Source: Candidatus Hydrogenedentota bacterium
GTDB taxonomy: Bacteria > Hydrogenedentota > Hydrogenedentia > Hydrogenedentales > SLHB01
NCBI GenBank assembly: GCA_963745075.1
Contig: CAVUWV010000010.1
Coordinates: 192,001-256,000 of the forward strand
Reading direction: 5' to 3'
Length of the DNA: 64,000 nucleotides
Shown piece by piece: positions 11,071 through 21,444 of this stretch; position 1 is the first letter of the stretch, and each line of letters starts with the position of its first letter. The notes under the pieces were generated by a model. That model worked only from the letters and a program-made list of their open reading frames with translations, had not been told where the DNA came from and did no database searches. A program made the translations under genes and the position numbers.

Positions 11071-11100
11071 TTGACAAATACTGCGAGTCGGATTCAAGAT
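11071..11100 (+). promoter_or_regulatory. Possible sigma70 promoter
   Basis: TTGACA, 18 nt, then CAAGAT, in an AT-rich patch just upstream of the gene at 11126. Confidence 0.35.
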
Positions 11101-11125
11101 CAACCGATAAGCCAGGGAGTAGCGC

Positions 11126-11762
11126 GTGGATTCGTTGACCAACCTCAGTCAGACACCCGAGACGACCATTAACGGGGCCGTAGCCATCGCGATTGCAGTG
11201 GGAACCCTCTACTGCTTTCTGGGTTACCGGACGTTGAAACTGGTCATCGGACTTACCGGTTTCATCATCGCCGGCGCCGTGGCGGGCGCGCTTGGCCGCA
11301 TGGCTGGTGCCGGACAGCCCAATCGTCGTCGCGGTGGCCGCGTTGATTGGCGGATTCTGCGGCGCGATGGCCCTGTTTTTCCTCTACAAGTTCGGAGTGT
11401 TTCTCGTGGGACTGCTCGGCGCTGCCCTCGTGGCGTACGCCGTGCTCGCCGACTCCACCAACCCGTACGCGCTCTGGATCGTCCTGGGCTGTGGGCTGTG
11501 CGGCGGGCTGATCGCCGTCGCCCTCGAACGGGGCATCATGGTCCTCGCCACCGCCGCCCTCGGCGCATGGATGGTCGTCTGCGGAATCGGGTTCTTCCTC
11601 ATCGGGCCGTCCTTCCTCGACATCCTCCAAGAACCCATCGAGCTGGGAAAAGACCGGCAAGTCCTCATCACCTGCTGGGCCATCCTCGCCGTCTCCGGCG
11701 CCGTCGCCCAATTCGCCACCACCCGCGCCAGACCCCGGGAAGTCGTCGTCACGCGCGCGTGA
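11126..11762 (+). CDS. DUF4203/TMEM198-like multi-pass membrane protein (frameshift near 11295)
   Basis: CFLGYRTLK..GF..G start followed by Gly-rich TM helices ending in GAVAQF; split over two ORFs. Confidence 0.7.
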
Positions 11763-11854
11763 AGGGGGAGAAGAGGGCCCAAAGCAGAGTTTAAGTAACA
11801 CGGTCTGATGGTTTACCAACCTAAGTGACCATGTAAAATCCAAGGAACGAGCGC

Positions 11855-11985
11855 CACTGGGAGCGCCAGGCTCCAGCCTGGCGAAGTCTCGGAGCGAGTC
11901 CATCAAAGCTGTGCAATCGCAGTCGATACATCGCAGCTACCATACACTCCGGCCCCCGCCACGCTGGAGCATGGCGCTCCCAGTG
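11855..11985. repeat. REP-like inverted doublet, family A, copy 1
   Basis: CACTGGGAGCGCCAGGCTCCAGCCTGGCG (11855-11883) with an imperfect inverted copy at 11957-11985. Confidence 0.8.
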
Positions 11986-12078
11986 GCGACCAATACCTTC
12001 CAGCGGGCAATGATCGTGTTGTTCAATCCCGTTCAGGTACGTGACGGTGCACTTGCGGGATCATTCAAGGCGTTGCCT

Positions 12079-13751
12079 TCATCGTGCACTCGTCTCACCG
12101 CTCCGCTGCATCTCGACTAGCTCGTCCAGTTGCCGCTGCAACAATTCATCGTCGGGATCACGCTCGAGGGCTTGGCGCTGCCACGAGATGGCCTCGTCGA
12201 TCTTGCCCATGGTCTGGGCCCAGCAGGCGGAAACGTAGTATACGAGCCAGTCGTCGGGAGAGAGGGCGCGGGCCCGCTCCAATACCAAGCGGGATTCCTC
12301 GTACTTGCCGCCCCACATGAAGGCTTGGGCGACCGTCAGCAAGGCGTGCCCGTGAGCGACCGTGTCGATAGCGCCTTCGACCTCGGACTGTATCCGCTTC
12401 TCGGCGTCCGGTCCCCACGATCGTCTGCGGGGTGCGCGATGCCGTCTTCGAATCAACGTATCCAGGATCGACAAAGCCAGCCGCCGGTTGCCGTCGATGG
12501 TGGGATGAACGTGGTCGAGAAACCAGTCATTGCCCGGCGTGCCGTGCTCGCTCTATTCGTCCAACTCGTGCACGAAGTCAATCAACTGCACGTCATCGTT
12601 TTCGGCAACGCTTCGTACGGCATCAATCAACGGTCCGGTCGCGCGAAGGGGACAGATGTCTTCGTCGCGGGCGCGTTCAAAGGTGCGCCGGGCCTCGCCG
12701 TAGTCCGCCAAGTGCCACAGCGCCTCCCCGCGCAGATAATAGCGTCTCCGCCCAGCGATCGTCGAGCGCGAGATCGTTTTCAATCTCTGCGAGCGCGTCC
12801 GTGTATTGTCCCTGCGCAAGGTCAGCTTTTGCCGCGTCGAGGGAAGCTTGCCACACCGTTCACTTCCTCCGGCGTGAGGCCTTTCCGATGCTCACTCTTA
12901 AATGGCGAACAGTCGCGTAAGATTCGACGCGGGCGTCACGAAGATGATGTCGGCCCCGGCTTCGCGGGCCAGCCGCACCATCCGGTTCAGGTTGAACTCG
13001 AAATGACGTGCCACCATCGATCGCTGTAGGTGTCGTCGCGATGATAGGCCGTCGGCCCGACGGAATTGTCCAGAATCGTGTCGACCTCCGCGGGAAGGAG
13101 CGGGCCCGACGCGTGCGCCGGAGAGGAGTTGACGAACCGTTCGATGACCGTGTAAACGCGCGAGTGGGCGAGGGCGGAGTCGACGCGCCGGGTGATGGTC
13201 GGCGTGTCCATGATCCCCTGGTACGTGCGCCGTTCCAGAAACTCGTTGTGGCCCGTGTATACGATGAACAGATTCGGTTGGTATTCGCACAGTTCTTCCA
13301 TCAGCAGGGCAAGACGATAACTCGCATAGCTGATGCCGCCGCAGTTCACGACTTCCCAGTGCCGGGTCGGGTCGGCTTCGGGAAGGGACGCCCTCAGCCA
13401 CCCGGCAAAGGACGTCCCATCGTCGTAGGGGTGCCCGTACGTGGTCGAGCCGCCCAGGCAAAAGATGCGGTAACCGTCTTTGGGCTTCTCCGCCAGGAAC
13501 TGTTGCGGATTGAAATACTTGAGCTTGTTTTTGGCAGTCTTTTTGACGGCGACGCCTTGGTCGTTGACGCCGTCGACGAAGAGGGGAAAATAGGAGGTGA
13601 ATCCGACGTAGGGGTCCTCATGGTCCGCCAGCGGCCTGACACCGGCCACCGCCAACCCCGCTTCCACGATGCCGTACGATACCGCGACGATCAGCACCGG
13701 CGTCAGTACGCCAAGCCAACGGGATTTGCGAGCGTTTGGGTCGCGGGACAC
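12079..13751 (-). pseudogene. SGNH/GDSL-hydrolase-like protein with TPR repeats, multiply frameshifted (pseudogene or sequencing error)
   Basis: FCLGGSTT, NCGGISYAS, YTGHNEF, FLDHVHP and a TPR-like C-terminus are spread over several frames. Confidence 0.7.
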
Positions 13752-13914
13752 GGTGATCTTCTACCTCACTGAGATCTGCGGTTGGCGGCAGTCGAGTGGC
13801 TTCATATGGTACGATGCGGGGTGTCCTGGGGCAAGTGAATCAACACCTGCCCGGCGATAGTCTAAAGTCTGGTCATTACTGCGTCCACATATACAATTTC
13901 AACGGAGTAAGTCA

Positions 13915-14743
13915 GTGAAAACGCGTACAAGTCTCCGAGTTCTCCCTATTCTAATAGTCGTATCCGGTTTCCTACCGCTCCAGGGCTGCATCACCCCGCA
14001 AGGTGGTGAACAACCGAACATCCTTTCCACCGAACAGGAAATCGCCCTGGGCGACAAAATGTCGGCAGCAGGTCGAGGAGAACGAAAAAATCCTCGACGA
14101 TCCGGTTATCCAGGAATACGTCAGTGAGATCGGCGCACGGATCGCCCGAATGTCTTCCCGTCAGGATGTGCCCTATAAGTTTACGGTTATCGACAATCCA
14201 AAAACCGTCAACGCGTTCGCCCTCCCCGGCGGTCACATGTATATTTACACCGGACTGATGAAGCTTTGCCAAAACGAGGCCCAACTCGCGTCCGTCATGG
14301 CCCACGAAATCGGCCACGTCGCCGGCCATCACCACGGCGAAAGCCTGACGCGGCAGTACGGATATAGTCTTTTGATCGGTGCGATTCTCGGGGACCATTC
14401 ATCCGAGGGCGCTGACGTGTTGGCGCAAATTCTCGGGACCGTTGGCGAGCTGCGCTTCAGTCGCGTACAGGAGAGCGAGGCGGATCGCATGGGGATGGAC
14501 ATGCTCTGGCGTGCGGGGTACAAACCCGATGCCATGATTACCTTCATGGAACACATGCTGCAATACGAGCAAGCGCAGGGCGGAGGGCAACCCGCGTTTA
14601 AGTTTCTGTCGTCCCACCCCGCGACGTCAGAACGGATTGCCGCTCTTCAGTCCCTCGTCCAACAATACCCTGCCGATCTCCGGGCGACGAGCCCCGTCTA
14701 CGCCGAACGCTACAAGGCGAACGTGCTCGATCGCCTGAAGTAG
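13915..14743 (+). CDS. M48-family metallopeptidase lipoprotein (frameshift near 14065)
   Basis: LQGC lipobox, NAFALPGG, HEIGH, FSR.QE.EAD and SSHP motifs. Confidence 0.85.
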
Positions 14744-14759
14744 TTTCGCGCATTAGCGC

Positions 14760-14905
14760 TTTGGAGTGCGGCCGCTTGCGGCTGCTTTCACTGAGTCGGC
14801 TTGCCGACGGCTTAGGGCGACTGTAGCTATCTGCAACCTTTCAAAAACGTCTCGGGATGAACTCGCCAGCCGAAGAGAAGCAGCTGCAAGCGGCCGCACT
14901 CCAAA
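14760..14905. repeat. REP-like inverted doublet, family B, copy 1
   Basis: TTTGGAGTGCGGCCGCTTGCGGCTGCTT ... AAGCAGCTGCAAGCGGCCGCACTCCAAA. Confidence 0.8.
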
Positions 14906-14938
14906 AAAAGACCCCCGGTCGTTTGCCCGGGGGTCTCT
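14903..14938 (-). terminator. Rho-independent terminator of ppdK
   Basis: 10-bp stem AGACCCCCGG/CCGGGGGTCT followed by a T-run on the minus strand, about 25 nt after the ppdK stop. Confidence 0.75.
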
Positions 14939-14960
14939 TAACGCATGATCAAGCGGCTGG

Positions 14961-17724
14961 TTACTTCTTCTTTTTCTTACCGCCGGACTTCTTGCCCTTC
15001 TTGTCTTCCTTACGCGGCGTTTCGATCGCGGCCTGCGCGGCAGAGAAACGCGCGATGGGTACGCGGAACGGGCTGCAACTCACGTAGTTCAGACCGACCC
15101 GGTGGCAGAACTTCACCGAACTGGGTTCGCCGCCGTGCTCGCCGCAGATACCGACCTTCAAGGTCGGGCGGGCCGACCGGCCGCGCTCGACGCCCATGGC
15201 GACCAACTGGCCGATGCCTTCCTGGTCCAAGGCCTGGAACGGATCCTGGGGCAGAATGCCTTCTTCGAGGTAGGAGGGCAGGAACCCGCCGACGTCGTCG
15301 CGCGAATACCCGAAGCCCATCTGGGTCAGGTCGTTCGTGCCGAAGCTGAAGAACTCGGCTGTTCTCGGCGATCTTGTCCGCGATCAAGCAGGCGCGCGGG
15401 ATCTCGATCATCGTGCCGACGAGGTAGCTCAGCTTGATCTTGTATTCCTTCTGAACCTGTTCGGCCACGTTGCGCACGATGGCTTCCTGGTTCTTGAACT
15501 CGTTCTCGTGACCCACGAGCGGGATCATGATCTCCGGGAAGACCTTGACCTTCTTCTTGGTCAATTCGGCCGCGGCTTCCAGGATGGCCCGCGCCTGCAT
15601 CTCGGTAATCTCGGGATAGGCCACGCCCAAGCGGCAACCACGATGCCCGAGCATCGGGTTCAGCTCGTGCAACTGATGGATGCGTTCCTTGATCTTCTGG
15701 GCCGGCACCTTGATCTGCTTCGACAACTCGTCGATCTGATTGTCCGTCAGCGTGACGAACTCGTGCAACGGCGGATCCAGCAGGCGAATCGTGACCGGTT
15801 TGCCGGCCATCACCTTGAGGATGCCGATGAAGTCTTTCTTCTGATAGGGAAGCAGCTTCATGACCGCCTTGCGCCGGACTTCCTCGTTCTCCGCCAGAAT
15901 CATTTCGCGCATGTGTACGATGCGCTCCGGCTCGAAGAACATGTGCTCCGTGCGAGCCAGACCGATACCTTCGGCGCCGAACTTGATCGCCTGTTGCGCG
16001 TCTTCCGGTCGCTCGGCGTTGGTGCGCACGTTGATCTGCCGCACCTGGTCGGCCCAAGTCATCAGCTTGTTGTACCACTTGTTCTTATCCGGCTGCGCGG
16101 GAAGAACGCCGACTTGGCCAACATAGACCTTGCCGGCCGTTCCGTTCAGGCTGATCCAGTCGCCTTCCTTGAGCTTGGTCGAACCAGCGCTAACCGTCTT
16201 GTCTTTGTAGTTGATGTTCAGCGCGCCGCACCCGACGATGCAGCACTTGCCCCAACCGCGCGCGACCAGCGCCGCGTGGCTGGTCATGCCGCCCTTGGCC
16301 GTCAGAATGGCCTGGGCCACGTGCATGCCGTGAACGTCTTCCGGAGATGTTTCGTTGCGGACCAGCACCACCTTCTTGCCCTGCTTGGACCAGGCTTCCG
16401 CTGTGTCCGCGCTCAACGCGATCTGTCCGACGCCGCCGCCGGGACCCGCCGGAAGACCGCTGGCCAGCAGGTTGGCCTTTCGTCTCGGCGGCCGGATCGA
16501 GCATGGGGTGGAGCAGTTCGTCCAATTGCTCCGGCTTCACCCGCATGATGGCCGTCTTCTTGTCGATCAGCTTGCTTTCCGCCATCTCCACGGCCATGCG
16601 AATCGCCGCCGCGCCCGTGCGTTTGCCGGTACGGGTCTGCAGCATCCAAAGTTCACCGTCTTCGATGGTGAACTCGATGTCCTGCATGTCCGTGTAGTGC
16701 TTCTCGAGCTTGGTTGCGGATCTTGTCGAGTTGCTTGTACGCTTTCGGGTTCACAACTTCGAGCGGCTTTTGGCTTTTCGACTCCGCTCGCATCGTGGCC
16801 TTGTTCAACGGAGACGGCGTGCGGGTGCCGGCGACCACGTCTTCGCCCTGGGCGTTGACCAGCCACTCGCCGTAGAACTTGTTGTCGCCCGTGGCCGGGT
16901 TGCGCGTGAAGGCCACGCCCGTGGCGGACGTATCGCCCATGTTGCCGAACACCATGGCCTGGACGTTGACGGCCGTGCCCCAATCGTGGGGGATGCCTTC
17001 GATGCGGCGGTAGGAAATGGCGCGCTTGCCGTTCCAGGACTGGAACACCGCCTTGATGCCGCCCCAGAGCTGGGCCTCCGCGTCGTCGGGAAACTCTTTG
17101 CCCAGCGTCTTCTTCACCGTCTTCTTGAACTCCTCGCAGAGTTCCTTCAGATCGTCCGCCGTCAAATCGGGATCCAACTCGACGCCGCGCTTTTTCTTCA
17201 TGGCTTCCAGCGCGTGCTCAAGCTGTTCGCGTACGGAATGCCCCTCTTTCGTTTCGACGCCCGCGGCCTTTTCCATCACCACGTCGGCATACATCGTGAT
17301 CAGGCGGCGGTAGGCGTCATAGGCGAAACGCTCGTCGCCGCTCTTCGCGATCAGCCCCGGAAGCGTCTTCGAGCAGAGGCCGATATTCAGCACCGTCTCC
17401 ATCATGCCCGGCATGGACATGCGCGCGCCCGACCGCACCGACATGAGCAGCGGGTTCTTCGCGTCGCCGAACTTCTTGCCCATGACCTTCTCGACCCGGG
17501 CCAGAGCCTTTTCCACTTCCTTGGTGAGTTCCTTCGGGAAGCCTGCCCTTGTTCGTGTAGTACTCGGTGCACATCTCCGTGGTGATGGTGAAACCGGCCG
17601 GTACCGGGATGCCGAGGCTCGACATTTCCGCAAGGTTGGCGCCCTTGCCGCCGAGCAATTCCTTCATGTTGGCGCGCCCCTCGGCTTTGCCTCCACCGAA
17701 GAAATAGACATTCTTTTTAGCCAT
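14961..17724 (-). CDS. ppdK: Pyruvate, phosphate dikinase (four apparent frameshifts)
   Basis: [49 protein letters not shown] and [10 protein letters not shown] over five ORF fragments. Confidence 0.93.
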
Positions 17725-18072
17725 AGCTGATATTCTCCTTCCGTGCTGTTCCCTTATGCACGATACCCCGGCGAACGCGGGGGAAACGGTTTCGGTGTGC
17801 AGTTTTCGTTCAACTGAACCCCCAAGCATAAAATCGCCGGATTATAGCGCACCGTCTTCGCACGTTGCAAAGTGCCCATCGCGATCGGGCACGGAAAACG
17901 CGACTTTTCGCGCGATGGCCGCATCACGCAGGGCGCGCGGGTCCATAATCTCGCCGGCATCCCGTCGTCAACGCATTCTGGAATACTCGAGATCGTCGCG
18001 TTGACACGAACATTCCGAGTGGTGTATCGGCAGGCGAAGAACGGGAAAAAGGTGTAATACGTAACTCCACAA

Positions 18073-18146
18073 TGACACGTTTGGCGAGTTGACTCAACCC
18101 GGGATCGTGGTATGTAATGGGTGGCCGTGGTGACAAAATTTGTCGC
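18073..18146 (+). promoter_or_regulatory. Putative enhancer-binding-protein (PilR-like) sites
   Basis: TGACACGTTTGGCGA (18073-18087) and the near-palindrome GTGACAAAATTTGTCGC (18130-18146), about 110-180 nt upstream of a sigma54 motif. Confidence 0.45.
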
Positions 18147-18255
18147 TGCCGGAACGTTTCTGTCGTTGGTTTGCGTGCTTGAACGCTGCGGGGAATTGTG
18201 GGGTTTTCGTTGTATTGCATTGAATCGATTGGGATTATGACCGCCGGGGTGGGAA

Positions 18256-18271
18256 TGGCATAACTCCTGCT
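18256..18271 (+). promoter_or_regulatory. Sigma54 (-24/-12) promoter of the pilin gene
   Basis: TGGCATAACTCCTGCT fits GG-N10-GC. Confidence 0.65.
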
Positions 18272-18334
18272 CCAATTTCCTTTGCGCGAACGGCGCTGGG
18301 TCGAGAGCAGTTTGAATTAACCGGGAGTCGCGCT

Positions 18335-18820
18335 ATGAAACGATCGCACGGGTTTACGATGGTTGAGATGATGATCGTCATGGAGATTATCATCATATTG
18401 ACGGCGATCGCATATCCCCAACTGCGCCGCGCGATGATCAGTGCGCGCGAAGGGAGCGCGGTCGGTTCTATGAAGATACTCGTCACAGCCCAGGCCGGCT
18501 ACAAAGAAGCCGCATTCGCCGACGTGGACGGAAACGGGGAGGGCGATTATGGCTCTCTCGTGCAGTTGGCCGATCCCGATGGCTCCGGGACATCGCAAGG
18601 CTTCATCGACCAACAACTCGCGACCGGCGTCAAATCCGGCTACATCTTCACCATCGCGGTGACCAACGGCGCCGGCGGAACCCCGCCCTCGTACACCATC
18701 ACCGGGATACCCACCATCCCCGGCCAGTCCGCGTACAAAATGTACTACGCCGACGATACCGGCGTGATCCGCGTATCCGCAGACGGCAATCCCGTCGGGC
18801 CAACTTCGACGCCGTTGTAG
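18335..18820 (+). CDS. Type IV pilin-like protein with prepilin cleavage/methylation motif
   Basis: MKRSHG|FTMVEMMIV.. followed by a hydrophobic helix; KSGYIF and YADDTGVIR typical of PilA-like proteins. Confidence 0.85.
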   Translation: MKRSHGFTMVEMMIVMEIIIILTAIAYPQLRRAMISAREGSAVGSMKILVTAQAGYKEAAFADVDGNGEGDYGSLVQLADPDGSGTSQGFIDQQLATGVKSGYIFTIAVTNGAGGTPPSYTITGIPTIPGQSAYKMYYADDTGVIRVSADGNPVGPTSTPL

Positions 18821-19088
18821 ACCATTGTGGTGTGGGCCTCCAGCTCGCTCACGATGGAAGCGAAGTCCGGCATTACGACGGTCGAGGTTGTCGACCCCCA
18901 TCCGATTTCGCCGTTGTCTTATCATGTGCGCTACACCGCTGGGCGATCCTATCAGTTTGAGCCTTCATCTCCGCCTACGCTACACTACGACGCGCACCTG
19001 CACCGGCATCGTGGGAACCAGAAGATCCGATCCCACGATCCCGCATCCCCAAGGACACGCGGGGGCGATACCTTGAATCCACCATCCC

Positions 19089-19165
19089 GCGCCTGTAGCT
19101 CAGTTGGATAGAGCAACGGCCTTCTAAGCCGTAGGTCGAGCGTTCGAATCGCTCCAGGCGCGCCA
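19089..19165 (+). tRNA. tRNA-Arg (anticodon TCT)
   Basis: GCGCCTG/CAGGCGC acceptor stem, AGCTCAGTTGGATAGAGC D-arm, ACGGC-CT-TCT-AA-GCCGT anticodon arm, GTTCGAATC T-loop, encoded CCA. Confidence 0.97.
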
Positions 19166-19368
19166 TTTCTTCTCCGCGCGGTCTTTCAGAATTGGTCGTC
19201 GGGCACCCCTACCGCGTGAGTCGCCGCCGGGCGGTCACCGCCATTTGTTCCTTCTTATTGGCAAGCGCAGAATACTTCGGGTAGCATTGCGGTGAAGCTG
19301 CGCGGGAAGTGATGCTTGCGTCTTTGCTATTTGCCCGGCCCCGGGCACAATTAAGTTGGGGGAACACG

Positions 19369-20508
19369 ATGACGTCGCGCGAGCGGTTGATGGCGATGTT
19401 GCAGGGACGGCCCGTAGACCGGCCGGGGGTCAACTTCTACGAAATCGGCGGGTTCCGGATCGACCCGGACGATCCCGATCCGTTTAATGTGTACAACCAC
19501 CCCTCCTGGCGGCCCTTGCTGGACCTCGCAGAAGCGGAAACCGACCTGATCCGCATGCGACCCGTGCGGTGTCCGCGCGACGCGAACCATCCGTGGCACG
19601 AGTTCTTCACGCGCGAGGTTCACTTCGCGGCGGAATCCCGGTTCACGCGAACGACGTTGCGTATTGCCGGACGCACCATGACGCAACTCGAACGGCGGGA
19701 TAAAGGTCTCGACACGACATGGACCGTCGAGCACCTGCTGAACGACGTGGACGACCTCGAAGCCTTTCTCGAATTGCCGGATGACGTGTTCGCGGGTGAT
19801 CCCGATTGCAGCGCAATCCCGCAAGCCGATGCTGAAGTCGGCGACCGCGGCATCGTCATGGTGGATACGGAAGATCCCATCTGCACGGCGGCCATGCTCT
19901 TTCCCATGGACACCTACCTGCTCATCGCGTTCTCGGAGAATACGTTGTTCCATAGGCTCCTCGATAAGCTTGCCGAACCCTTGCATCGACGCACTGAGAC
20001 GGTCGCCCGAGACGTCCCCGGACATTTGTGGCGAATCTACGGGCCCGAATACGCAACCGAACCCTACCTGCCGCCGCCGCTGTTCGACGAGTACGTCGTG
20101 CGATACACGAAGCCCATGGTGGACGCTATCAAGAAGCACGGCGGGTACGCCCGGATACACTCCCACGGCCGGATAAGGTCCAGTCTACCATCTATCGTCG
20201 CGATGGGCGCCGACGCCACCGACCCGATCGAACCGCCGCCTCAGGGGGATGTCTACCTCACCGACGTGCGCCGCGAGTTCGGAAGCGACCTGGCCCTCTT
20301 CGGCAACATCGAGGTCAGCGACATCGAGAATCTTGAACCCGCCGAATTCGAGCAAGTCGCCGCCAAGGCGTTGCGCGACGGGGCCAACGGGGACGGACGG
20401 GGCTTCGTCCTTATGCCGACTTCGTGTCCGTATGGCCGTGAGATTTCCGACCGCACGCGGGCCAACTATGAAACGCTGGTGCGCTTGACAAAGGAATGGT
20501 GCGGCTGA
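19369..20508 (+). CDS. Uroporphyrinogen decarboxylase-like (URO-D/methyltransferase superfamily) protein
   Basis: MTSRERL..ML.GRPVDRP start, HSHG, DPIEPPPQGD, LFGNIE and GFVLMP motifs. Confidence 0.8.
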   Translation: MTSRERLMAMLQGRPVDRPGVNFYEIGGFRIDPDDPDPFNVYNHPSWRPLLDLAEAETDLIRMRPVRCPRDANHPWHEFFTREVHFAAESRFTRTTLRIAGRTMTQLERRDKGLDTTWTVEHLLNDVDDLEAFLELPDDVFAGDPDCSAIPQADAEVGDRGIVMVDTEDPICTAAMLFPMDTYLLIAFSENTLFHRLLDKLAEPLHRRTETVARDVPGHLWRIYGPEYATEPYLPPPLFDEYVVRYTKPMVDAIKKHGGYARIHSHGRIRSSLPSIVAMGADATDPIEPPPQGDVYLTDVRREFGSDLALFGNIEVSDIENLEPAEFEQVAAKALRDGANGDGRGFVLMPTSCPYGREISDRTRANYETLVRLTKEWCG

Positions 20509-20570
20509 GTAACTGAGCAACAATGCACGTGCGACTCAATACCGCACCATCCCGAATTCATCGGTGAGGG

Positions 20571-20672
20571 TTAAGCGAATCCGAGGATCGTGGCCAATGC
20601 CGTGAGGAATTCCTCGGGGCTAAGACCGAAGATTGCCGTAATCAGACCGAGGAGAATCAATAGAACTTCCAT
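20571..20672 (-). CDS. 33-aa hydrophobic small protein (below the ORF-track cutoff)
   Basis: Manual translation MEVLLILLGLITAIFGLSPEEFLTALATILGFA*, with an AGAAGGAG RBS 7 nt upstream. Confidence 0.55.
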   Translation of the reverse strand: MEVLLILLGLITAIFGLSPEEFLTALATILGFA

Positions 20673-20802
20673 GACTCAGCTCCTTCTCTTGGTTGTCTCT
20701 TTTCTCTTTATCGAACATACCCCGTCCCTACACTTATTTCTGACGCGATGTGGAGGATATTATTTAGAACTTCTCACAAAAACTCATCTCGATTCCGACC
20801 GT

Positions 20803-20868
20803 TGTGGTGCGGGCATCCCTGCCTGCCGACGCCATCGGTCCAAGAGCAGCCAGGATGGCCGCACCACG
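20803..20868. repeat. REP-like inverted doublet, family D
   Basis: TGTGGTGCGGGCATCCCTGCCTGC ... GCAGCCAGGATGGCCGCACCACG. Confidence 0.6.
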
Positions 20869-21164
20869 ATTTGACCACATAGTTTTGTGACGTTCTTATA
20901 TGCGAGGATTGCCCATGCGCGTCTTCGAACTGCGTTGCCGGGGCACACGCAAAGCGCGGGTAGAGATAATTCCTTGCCGGATCGTTGAAACGTTCGTGGT
21001 TTTCATAGTTCACCGGCGGCGCCCGATGACCAACTGGTACCGAACATGATTGGTTATGCATCTTTTCCGGGCGATTCGGTATACATAGCGGGTAGGGGAT
21101 GATTCTGCGTTTTCCCTAACCCGAAGATGGGACTTGTTGGCTAGCCGATGGTGGGGGGTACACG

Positions 21165-21350
21165 ATGGCGATTCATTCTTGCGAAACCTGCCGTATGCGT
21201 GCCCACTACGAAGCACGGCCGAAGTCATTGCGGGGCCGGCTTTGGCGCTGGCACACCAGATGGTGCCCCGGCTGGAAAGCCTACCTCAAATCGTTAGCCG
21301 AAGACGAGAAGGCCGCCCTGCTCGATTCGTTGAACTTTCCCAAGCCCTGA
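21165..21350 (+). CDS. Small Cys/His/Trp-rich hypothetical protein (61 aa)
   Basis: CETC...PKSL.GRLWRWH..WCPGWKAY pattern and a G-rich RBS upstream. Confidence 0.6.
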   Translation: MAIHSCETCRMRAHYEARPKSLRGRLWRWHTRWCPGWKAYLKSLAEDEKAALLDSLNFPKP

Positions 21351-21444
21351 CGGTACCCCAAACCGATAGCGCGAGCCGCGCACCCTCCTGTATAGTGAGT
21401 GGGCGAACTATACAGACCGCTACACGATCGAATCGTCATAACAT

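Noticed and set aside
14961..17724. Programmed frameshifting or real pseudogenisation of ppdK
   Set aside because: There are no slippery heptamers or long homopolymers, and the same +1 pattern occurs in many unrelated genes, so sequencing error is more parsimonious.
17754..18275. ORFs in the ppdK-pilin intergenic region
   Set aside because: They have atypical composition and the region is explained by divergent promoters and enhancer-like sites.
18827..19111. 94-aa ORF between the pilin and the tRNA
   Set aside because: It overlaps the tRNA, has no clear RBS and shows no recognisable motif.
19089..19165. tRNA-Arg as the integration site of a genomic island
   Set aside because: No integrase is adjacent and I saw no duplicate of the tRNA 3' end in the window.
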